In this document: piece by piece, positions 26,001 to 35,738 of the stretch
Numbering within the stretch: the stretch's first letter is position 1
Layout of the letters: each line of letters begins with the position of its first letter
Assembly: GCA_010405405.1 (NCBI GenBank)
Contig: MU004236.1
Location: 322,576 to 386,575, forward strand
Direction: 5' to 3'
DNA length: 64,000 nt
DNA from: Microthyrium microscopicum
Lineage: Eukaryota
The notes under the pieces: generated by a model
The model's input: the letters and a program-made list of their open reading frames with translations, nothing else
What the model was told of the DNA's origin: nothing
The model's database searches: none
Program-made: the position numbers and the translations under genes

Positions 26001-26657
26001 CTTTTAACTTAGCCTTTATTATCCTATTTAGCTTATTAAGCTTTAGTAGAGGAAGAAGTTATAATAGAAGAAGACTATAAGCTATAGCTTTGCGTTTTAA
26101 TCTAAGATAAAGTTTTCTAAACTATTATCTAGAGCTAATTTTATAGGTAATAGTAAATCTTTAAGTAAAAATTTTGTAAGTATTTAAAAAAAGGTATATA
26201 GTAGCTTTAAAATAAAATTATTATTATTAAATAGGAGCTACTATACTTATGAATAGGTCTCTTTTATTTAGGTATAAAAACTTTAATTTATAGTATATAG
26301 CTCTTCTATATACTAAATTACTTAGAGGATAACTCTAAGTAAAGTAATGAGAGCGTATTATAGATTAAAGAATTTTCTCTAATTCTAGATTTGCTAAGGT
26401 ATAATCTTCTAGTTTTAGACTTAGTTACTAACGTATATAGCTTTATTCTAAGTCTATATTATATTTGCTTTTCTACTTATTTCTTAAGATGCTACGTAAA
26501 AGTAATTATGTATAATCTTTTAACGTATCGTATTAGCGTAGCGCGATGCGTATTGGCTGAAATAAAGTTATAGTTATACTGTAGGTTGGTCTAGAAGACC
26601 GAAATTGATGAAATAAATGATAAAACTTCAAAGGGTGTAACTTTGCTCCCGGCGGGA
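20013..26657 (-). mobile_element. Full-length non-LTR retrotransposon (LINE), L1/Tx1-like, RIP-degraded (~6.6 kb)
   Basis: 19-bp direct repeat GGCTAAGGGCGGATATGGA at 19994-20012 and 26658-26676 brackets the AT-rich block (TSD). Minus-strand motifs after mentally reversing RIP: endonuclease IIVGDxN (~23850-23880) and SDHRAV (~23600); RT ILFKKGD..NYRPLS..N.DYK (~22650-22730), DQEKAYDRV (~22452-22482), GVRQGDPISCLLF (~22275-22312), YADD as TAT-ACT-AAC-AAT (22166-22177); C-terminal CxxC..H..C (~20715-20770). A K/E-rich ORF1 relic lies at ~25450-25720. Confidence 0.85.
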
Positions 26658-26848
26658 GGCTAAGGGCGGATATGGAATGGTTCGTGATGTTTCGGCACCA
26701 GCCTCCACATTCAACTCCAACTTCTCTTCACATGCCACTCTCTCCTAACACACAAAACACTGAACCTTTTTCTTTTTGAATACTCTTTGCTGTAGCACAA
26801 AGATAATCTGCCCAACCTACAGCTATTCCGCCTCTCAAATCCTTCACA

Positions 26849-28329
26849 ATGGCTTCCCTTGCACGCGCCATTCGTCCCATCGCCTCCAAAGCCCCGCGAC
26901 GCTTAGTGCAATTACCCGCGAGACCGACCGAAATACCTTCAATTCTCACGCGACAAGCTACAAGATGCCTGTCGTCTACGCCCATCCGCCGCAATGAGAC
27001 CATTGACCTCACCGACCTGATCCCAACGCCTATTACACACTACTCCGAGACAGAGTCAATGATGGCTGAATCAGTCGCCAATTTCGCCACAAACGTGATT
27101 GGCCCCAAAGTGCGCGATATGGACGAGGCAGAAGCTATGGATCCGTCTGTAGTCGAACAACTGTTTGAGCAGGGCCTCATGGGCATCGAGATTCCAGAAG
27201 AATATGGCGGGGCTGGCATGAACTTTACAAGTGCCATCGTGGCCATTGAAGAGTTGGCAAAAGTGGATCCATCTGTGAGCGTGCTATGCGATGTGCACAA
27301 TACACTCGTCAACACTGCTTTCCTCAAATGGGGCACCGAAGCGCAGAAGAAGCAATATCTGCCTCGTCTAGCATCGAACACGGTGTCGAGTTTTTGTCTT
27401 TCTGAGCCGGGTAGTGGTTCAGATGCGTTTGCGTTGGCTACAAAGGCGGTGAAGGATGCGGATGGGTATACAATCAATGGTTCAAAATCCTGGATCACGA
27501 ACTCTGCAGAGGCTGGAATCTTCATCGTTTTTGCCACTCTTGATCCCTCAAAGGGGTATAAGGGGATAACAGCTTTTATCGTGGAGAAGGATACGCCTGG
27601 ATTTTCAATTGCGAAGAAGGAGAAGAAACTCGGCATCAAGGCCAGCAGCACATGTGTGCTAAACTTTGACGATGTCAAGGTTCCAAAGGAAAATCTTTTG
27701 GGCAAAGAGGGAGAGGGATATAAGCTTGCCATTGGTCTTCTCAATGAAGGTAGAATTGGTATAGCTGCACAGATGCTTGGACTTGCTCGTGGATGTAAGA
27801 ATAACCTCATTGGAACTCTGAAGATCACAGCTAACATCTTGCTACAGCATGGGAATATGCGGTCAAGTATTGCTGGAACGATCGCAAACAGTTTGGTTCA
27901 TTGATTGGAAACTTTCAAGGCATGCAATTTCAAATGTAAGTCATGACACCGCGAGGCTCAATACAAACTAACAAAGTTTATAGAGCTCAAGCATATACTG
28001 AAATAAGCGCCGCATCACATCTCATTTACAACGCCGCTCGGAAGAAGGAAGCTGGAGAGGACTTTATTATGGAAGCAGCCATGGTACGTAAACACGACAC
28101 ACTCTGAATACTCAAAAGCTAACATTTTTAGGCCAAACTCAAAGCCTCACAAGTCGCTGCAGATGTCAGCCGCAGTGCCGTCGAATGGTTGGGTGGTGTA
28201 GGCTATACACGGGAATTCCCTGTGGAGAAGTTTTACCGAGACAGCTTGATCGGCAGCATCTATGAAGGTTCAAGCAATATTCAGAAACAAACCATTGCTA
28301 AGCTTCTACAGAAGAAGTACACAACATAG
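26849..28329 (+). CDS. Mitochondrial short/branched-chain acyl-CoA dehydrogenase (ACADSB-like), 4 exons
   Basis: Exons 26849-27794, 27848-27935, 27984-28083, 28132-28329. Arg-rich presequence; motifs FCLSEPGSGSDAF, GSKSWITN, LNEGRIGIAAQMLG, RKQFG, IYEGSSNIQ. Confidence 0.93.
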
Positions 28330-28916
28330 GATTGAGCTTCTTCATGATTGTTATGTCTTGATGGTTGGTGTATATAGTAGAAATGTTACATTGCATTGCA
28401 TACTATCTACATGTCAGGCACAATGAAGAGGGCTCTGTCATAATTTGCCTGGATATAGTTGCTAGCGGTGTTCTGCTAGCAAGCTGGTTCACTGGATGAT
28501 CGCCATGATCTGGGTTCTTTAGGTGGCAGCCACTCTTAGGGACGACGGAAGGACTAGCTGAATCGGTCGCCAATTTTGTGAAGGTCCCTGTAGGAGAGAA
28601 GACTATCAAACATTCAATGATCATGGCAAGCTTGTCATTGTATCTCAAGACGAGGCTGCCATCGCCAGTCACTTCATCCATAAGCTGGCCATTCATCGTC
28701 CAGACTACTTCACCTCACGTATCTCACTTCAATCAGTGAAATCTTTGTTTACGTTCTTGGACCATATCTGGTCAAGCCACATGATGCCTCATGGGAATTT
28801 TCACTTCTTCCTAACATTGTTCTAAATTGAAATACTTATGAAGGCAATGCAGTCCTGAAACCTTCTACCCTCCTGCACATTCCACAAACCAACCATCTCC
28901 TGTATACTAAAACACT

Positions 28917-29922
28917 ATGCCGAAGCTATCCAGTGGTTATACGCTTAGGTAAGATTTTCCCGTGAGCAAAATCTCTGTGAGAATGCCGCAGTACTCGACG
29001 CCTCTGGCTTTGATATCGTGACCTGCTGCTGACAGTTTCAAGGGGCTATGAGATCAAATGGTACAACAGACAGACGCTTGAGATAACCTACGAAAACCAC
29101 TCAAGTACCCTTTTCCAATTACCAGCAGAGATTCGGCTAATGATTTATCAGTCACTGGTTGAAAAGTTTGACTTTCGTCAGTGGTCTGCAACGCTCGAAT
29201 CTCAGCCGCTTATCATGCTCGCTTCAACTTGCCGTTCTTTATACATCGAGTCACGACCGTTTTGTCTTTCGAAAACCATTATAGATGTCAAGGTACCAAT
29301 AAAACGGGCTGGAAGCAATCAGATGATTCAGAATCTTGACACCACGCTCAACCGAGTCAAGGCACTACGATTTGGCGCTGACTGTCATAATGCCATTAAC
29401 TATATGGCTGTTCGTATGACTTTACCAACCTTACCCAAAACATATCTGGGAGTCGGCTTGAAGAAAGTCAGTTTAGCATCAGGTCTGCTTTCTCGACCCA
29501 CAATTCCAGCTCTGTCGAAAGCTCGCTATCGACTTGATGCTAATAACCTAGCTTTTGGCATGTCGATGCTTGTGGCTACTATGATCTTTGACCTGCCCAA
29601 TCTTCGAGAACTCCTTCTTGTCCTGCCATTCAAGAAGCGCCGCCAAAGTTTAGATTCCCCGAACAATGTTTGCACCATGATTGCAATCGAATTGCTTTTT
29701 GGGCTTCAACCCCTTGCTGAGAGTAAGTATATGATTATTTCTTCCTCTCTAAGAGCCAGTAGCTCGCATCGCATTGGATGGCTCCATAGACTGTTGCATG
29801 GACTTCTCACGAAGAGTCTATTCAGTCGTTTCAGTCCATTCAGCCAGACACACTCTCTTCACAACTTTATACTAACATATTCTCAGAAGGGCGACACATT
29901 GCTGTTAGACTCTGCCGTGTAG
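28917..29922 (+). CDS. Hypothetical protein with an N-terminal F-box-like LPAEIRLMIY motif (3' end uncertain)
   Basis: Exon 28917-28948 and intron 28949-29042 join in frame to ORF 29140-29922, giving LFQLPAEIRLMIYQ. A GTAAGT donor near 29722 suggests further splicing. Confidence 0.55.
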
Positions 29923-31416
29923 TACACACACTTGTCCCCGAATATGCGGTGTTGTGCCTTATTAAAGGGCACTGCGAGATGCGATGTCGCCATGGAAGAC
30001 ACCTGGTGCGTCCAAGCAAGGTCGACAATCCAAGCCTCCTTACAATAACAGTCATTCCTGATACCAAACACAATGTTGGGTTTTGCCCATGGCTGGGGCA
30101 ATGAAGGTTTTTATCGCCCTTGTCTGGCTTGAGTTGGAGTACAGCTCGGGTCTAATTCAGTTAAACCTGAGATCGGCGCACTCAAGTGCCATCGATACAG
30201 AGCAACGGCTATAACCTAGACTACATTCCAACTTTGCTTTAATCAAAGATCAGATGGTTAATATATTAGTTAGATCACCCATCCATTGGCCAATGATAGT
30301 CTTATTCTTCGTCAATATGTGTCTTATCAGGATGACAGGTGAAGGGGTACTATTCAGCATTACAGCTCGCGCGAGTCTGAGAGAAGGTTGTGGAGGTTTG
30401 GCCGAATATCATAATTGTGAAAGGCTTATGTTATATTATGAATCACAATGAAAGACTAGCTGAATACCTACAATACAGCGAAGATCTTGTCATGCGTTCT
30501 TCTCCGACGGCTCGTTTTCAGCTTTTCGTCCACAGCGGTAATATGAACAGTCTCTGGCTAATCTGTACCTTCGAAATGACTTGCTTAGGTTGAATCAGTG
30601 TAGGATGTCAAAATGCTGGGAATAGAACATCTTTATTCTTAGAATTGTTCTAAGATTTTCGTACCCGGATTGCGTGGCCAATACACGCACGGAGCAAGTA
30701 GTATATGTTGGAGCTAAACCAGATATCAAATGAAACAAGCAGAAAACTTCTGAAGATCTATCTTATATATTAGTTTGAAGCATAATTAGCCGACGTCAAA
30801 GTGAAGTAATGGCTCTGTTATTAGGGCTGAGTGCCCAAATGACTACACTAGAGCTGACACTGGCAATTTACTTCAAAATCAGACTCCGTAACAACGGAAT
30901 TTGCTATTGAAGATCCACCTTGGCTAAACAGTATTCATTTAATGTCTAGTTTAACTGGCGGATCCCCCGGTTGCATCACATTATTATGGAACTTTACCAT
31001 CGCTTCGAACCGATAACACTCACGAATGGCCGCACAAAGTCACATTCCAGAACTCAAGTCACAATCTGGCCTGTTTCCCCTGAGCTTGGCATCTTAATCC
31101 CCTGGTATGATCATGACTTTGAGCCACTAAAGAACACGAGGGCCGTGAGCCGCCAGGCACGGTACTGGCACTATTACCGAAATTTTCCATCTGTCCTATT
31201 CTTCAAGCGATATGGTGCAAGTCCGAAGAGATGAAAACTTTATATCAACCATCAATATGTCGGGGATCAGCCTTTCGACGGAGGAAGCTTGTGGAGATAT
31301 ATATTATGTAGACGGCCATCTCATCTCAAATCCTCCGACGTGTTAGACCTTCAAGAAATATATAGGAGAGTCTACGGTGCCTATTGCACTTCCTCATATC
31401 CAATACATTTGCAAAT

Positions 31417-32112
31417 ATGGCCATCAAATCCATCCTTGTAGCGGCCATTGGCTTTGCTGCTGTCCTCAACGCCGCACCACTGCCAAATGAGGAGGCTGTT
31501 CAAATTAACAACAGTGAGGCTCAACCACCTCCTATCGTGGGCATTATCGGTGGCGCCGTAGCTTCTGGAGCCCAGGCTCTAGGGAATGCTGCAAGCTCAA
31601 TTGAGAAGGGGATAATTGGACTTCTAGGGGGAGGAAACAGCAAACCAAACAACAACAACAATAATAATCGACCGAACAACAACAACCGACCCAACAATAG
31701 CAACAACAACAACCGACCAAATAACAGCAACAACAATAACCGACCCAACAACAGTAATCAGCCACCTGCATGGCAACAAAGCGCACCTAAGCCTTCCACA
31801 TCCGCTCCATGGCAGCAAAGCCAGCCTCAGCAACCTCCTGCCTGGCAGCAAGCTCCACAATCTCAACCACCTGCGTGGCAACAAGCTCCTCAACAGGCGC
31901 CTCAACAGCCCGCGTGGCAACAGGCTCCTCAGCAGGCTCCTCAACAGCCTGCGTGGCAGCAAACTCCTCAACAAGCCCCCCAACAAGCTCCCCAACAAGG
32001 TCCCGCAGACTACGATTACCATAATGGACCACCACCACCATCGAATAGACCAGGCTCCGCTCCAAAAGCTGCGTCTGGCGGTGGAGCTCCTCGCCCACCA
32101 GGAGATGATTAG
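31417..32112 (+). CDS. Secreted low-complexity Asn/Gln/Pro-rich repeat protein (231 aa)
   Basis: Signal peptide MAIKSILVAAIGFAAVLNA-APLP, four NNRPNN units and six WQQ units. Synonymous codon variation between repeats indicates coding. TATA-like TATATA elements at ~31298 and 31359. Confidence 0.8.
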   Translation: MAIKSILVAAIGFAAVLNAAPLPNEEAVQINNSEAQPPPIVGIIGGAVASGAQALGNAASSIEKGIIGLLGGGNSKPNNNNNNNRPNNNNRPNNSNNNNRPNNSNNNNRPNNSNQPPAWQQSAPKPSTSAPWQQSQPQQPPAWQQAPQSQPPAWQQAPQQAPQQPAWQQAPQQAPQQPAWQQTPQQAPQQAPQQGPADYDYHNGPPPPSNRPGSAPKAASGGGAPRPPGDD

Positions 32113-32406
32113 ATCGTCAGGATATTACGTTGTATGCAAGAGAATTGAAAGCTTGAGGATAGATAAAGAGGCAGTCAGTCTCATCTGTATTGTAGCACCT
32201 GAAAGACATTGTATTCTATTTCTGAAACTGATCAGGATTCTGTGCATGCAATAAGGACTCAGAGACAGCTTTTATGGGGAAAATTTGAAAGCTGGGCGCT
32301 GGATGATTATGGTCCAGTGCATAATACTCCATTTTCATAACGTTTTCTATCATACAATTCAATCTAGTCATAATGATACATTTCATTCATGAGTTAACAA
32401 CATCCT

Positions 32407-33255
32407 CTACTTGCCCACATCAAAGAGCAAGAACTCTGCTGGCTTATCACCAACACTTTCAATCTCCAAACTTCCACTCGCACCCTTGATGAACGCTCCA
32501 TCGCCCTCTCCAATCACTGCATCGCCAATCTTGATGCGAGCACCGCCTTCACTCGGCTGTGTTTTGCCAGTCATGACCACATGCGCATACAGCTCCCGTT
32601 CGCCTGATCCAACAACTTCATGCGTAACAGTCTTTCCAGGGCTCAAAATACTCGCATCCATAGAAACATCACTCTCCGCCGGAATAGGATCATTCTCTCC
32701 CTTCTCACCACCATGCCTCTTCGTAGACTCAATAATCCGTACCAGCCGATCCTTCTTCAACTCATCCGGATAATTTCTCGTCACATAACTAGGCTTCAGC
32801 CCACTCTTATCCGGCTTCGCCCAAATCTGTAAAAAGTGATTATCGTTCGTCTTGTTGCGGTTGTATTCTGAGTGTCGTATGCCTGTGCCGGCAGATGTGA
32901 ATTGGACTTCTCCACGCTTGAGGATTTCGAGGTTGCCCATGGAGTCTTTGTGCTCGAGTTCGCCAGACACGATATAGCTCCAGATGAGAAATTCAGCATG
33001 TGAGTGTGTGCCAAAGCCAGTGCCTTTTTCCACGCGGTCTTCGTTGATGACTCTCAAGGGACCGACGCCCATGTATTTGGGGTCATAGTAGGAGGCAAAG
33101 TTGAAGGAATGGAAACTATAGAGCCAGCCGTGGTCTGCTTTGCCGCGGGCGTTCCAGGGGCGGGGGGTGACGGTAAGGCCAGTGGTCGTTGGAGCTGTTG
33201 TAGTCATGGTGCGGGAGATATTGCGTGTGAGTGTGTTTTTGAATTGATTCAACAT
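32407..33255 (-). CDS. Pirin-family bicupin (YhhW-like, possible quercetin dioxygenase)
   Basis: Intronless ORF with RGKADHGWLYSFHSFNFASYYDP, LRVINEDRV, GFGTHSH, EHKDSMGN, SAGTGIRHSEYN, FLQIW. Confidence 0.92.
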   Translation of the reverse strand: MLNQFKNTLTRNISRTMTTTAPTTTGLTVTPRPWNARGKADHGWLYSFHSFNFASYYDPKYMGVGPLRVINEDRVEKGTGFGTHSHAEFLIWSYIVSGELEHKDSMGNLEILKRGEVQFTSAGTGIRHSEYNRNKTNDNHFLQIWAKPDKSGLKPSYVTRNYPDELKKDRLVRIIESTKRHGGEKGENDPIPAESDVSMDASILSPGKTVTHEVVGSGERELYAHVVMTGKTQPSEGGARIKIGDAVIGEGDGAFIKGASGSLEIESVGDKPAEFLLFDVGK

Positions 33256-34173
33256 AGACGATGTGTCAAGTATGAGGGTGTCAGAAAGAGCTTTGAAGTG
33301 AGTTTGAGTGCTTGTGATTTTTGATGGAGAGAAGTTGGATGAGAGCGAAGGGTTGGAGCGTTTATATACACGATTTTGATGATTTGACTAGTATACAGGA
33401 GAAGGTTCTACGATTACGGGTATCTTTTGGTCAGAGTATAAATCAAATTCCGCGATAGATTCAATGGTGTTTTGTTTCAACAATCGTTTGTCACAGACAG
33501 TAAGCGATTGTAGCGGAAGCTTTCCGAAACATGTCGTCTGTGCGGAACGAGTCCGCGCTAGTGCTCTAGCCTCTTCCAAACTCCGTTTCATTTTGTAAGG
33601 AGCTTTTAACCATTACTACCCCATTGACTTTCTTCTAACCTGCCTCGCACTTTTTGATGCGAAATCTGTGTTGCTCGGTCATGACAAGGTTACGATATGA
33701 TACTGTTAGCTACGCGTCCGCGAGCTTACCACTGCGTTTGGCATGTATGATGTTGGAACTGTGCTGACTTTTGAAGCTTAGGTAGCATTGCGTTGTTGCG
33801 ATCCTATTATTCTTCCTTCCCTCAAACCCACAACCGAACTCGAACTTGAATCTACCCTCAAGCTGACACAATGTCAATGATGAAATGGGCTCAATTGTTA
33901 CAGCAAAGCTTAGAACGGTCAATAAATCGTCGATATTCTATGCTTCATCGATCACAGCAATGGCCTCGGTGACGATGAGTTCATTTGTTCAGCTCAACAC
34001 CGCGTTGCAGAACCTTACATATTTCACACCCATGCTATTCAAAAGAAATTCATTCGTTCATTGTCGCTGCATACACAGGGTATCCCAGCTGTTGAAAGCA
34101 CCATCCATGAAGACCAAAGATTTGTCGATCACTCCAAAATAACATGCAAACACAATTCCCGCTCTACCCCAAT

Positions 34174-35011
34174 CTACTTGTTCTTCGATTTGCCAATATG
34201 AGCCGCAATCTTGTTTACGACGAAAGGATCGAGGGTGTCGAGAACTTTTTGCATCGAGCTTGCGTATGGAAGGGCCTGTGACTTGAGCTTGGCTTCGTCC
34301 GCGCCTAGGAGTGGTATAAAGTCTTTGCGATATGGAACACCTTTGAGGAGAAGGCCGTAGGCGAACGACGCCTTGGCATCGTGCCACTTGCCTAGGGTGG
34401 CAGCGTACGCGGTCTGGAAGTTGTTGCTGAGGGTCTTATCTGGCTCGTTCATTGCGTTTATAACGGCTTGGACGCTGAATTCGAGGGCGCTATGAGTGAT
34501 TTCAATTAGTATGTGGATGACAAGTAGGGAGTGGATTTTATGTCATACCGAACTAGCCAAAATAGACCGGTATTGGCCTTTTCGTCTTCGCCAGTCAGGC
34601 CCATTGTCTGTTCCTTGAGGACGAGGTCTTGCAGAAATTCTCCTTCTATTGGGTTTGCAAGATAGGCAGTGCGGATTTTCTAATCTCATTAGCTTCAAGT
34701 CGTTCGTCCCAAGTAGCCAGGGAACTATGTACCTGGATATTGGCGGTCATGTCGTCTAGTACTCTGCCAAAGACCACACCATTGTTGACGTCTTGAAAGT
34801 GGTTAGCTGCATAGCGGTATTCCAAGGTTGATCACCTACTGAACATGGTGACATAGTCTTCTGAAGCTGCTAGAAACTTTTCTGTGGGGATCTTGTGGTC
34901 TGGAGCGGCACCGACAGGTACATCGTCAAAGGTGTGGTTCAAGGTGTCGAAGAACGTTTTGCCTTCTGGCACGACGAGCTTTGGTGGGGACTTCTTGCCG
35001 AAGCCAAACAT
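34174..35011 (-). CDS. Glycolipid transfer protein family (GLTP / HET-C2-like), divergent, 4 exons
   Basis: Exons 35011-34840, 34791-34733, 34679-34549, 34489-34174 splice in frame. Motifs IPTEKFLAASE, DDMTANIQKIR, GLFWLVRALEF, AYAATLGKWH and PYRKDF keep the D/N/K/W/H headgroup-binding set of GLTP folds. Confidence 0.82.
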
Positions 35012-35738
35012 GATTGTGTGAGTACTCGGGCAATTGTAGGTGTCTAGGGATAAGAAGTAGCCGATAGGAATCAATGGGGAGACTTGTAGGGAGAAGGATT
35101 GGTGGCGGTTGGTAGAGTATACGGGTGCCAGGGTGAGGGGCTTGGTTGATGAGAGGGGCTTCTCGAGACGTGGACGACCACCCGTCTGCCCATCGTCGTT
35201 TCCGCTCTCACACTCTCAAAGACGACCATGTTTCATCATAACATCAATCAATATGTATCTACATCAATTTACCGAGCTCCTGCTACTACCACCCTTCGAT
35301 TCAGCCTCTATACCTAGGCGCATCATTCGAAAGCATGTATCGGCATCTTGGTCGCCAGACAGACTTCGGAAATACTCCCAGTTTGATAGACCTTACACAT
35401 GGTATGGTATGGTATGGTATTGGTTTGTGTTGTCACCAAAGTCCTGCCTTTCGCCTTCTACTGTACTTCCTAGCCAACTATATGGCTATTATGCTCGCTG
35501 GCCCAGAAGCTCACTATCCCTAATGGGTAACCTCATGCAATATGAAGCGCCTGGATTTGGGCCTATTATAGGCGCATGAACACCTTTATGCAGCGTGGCG
35601 TTATCAAGCTGGGGAGGTTCAGCCCCATCCTCTGCACCTCAAAGCTGAAGGTGGCTGGCTCAAGGATTGAAAGCCGCGATACTCCACTTTCTCTTAACCT
35701 CAACAACAACAAATTAGGGCCATCAATATCACGCGTCA

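Noticed and set aside
27040..27837. 265-aa minus-strand ORF, and similar antisense ORFs over the pirin, TOK, HET and N/Q-repeat genes
   Set aside because: Antisense shadows of well-supported genes.
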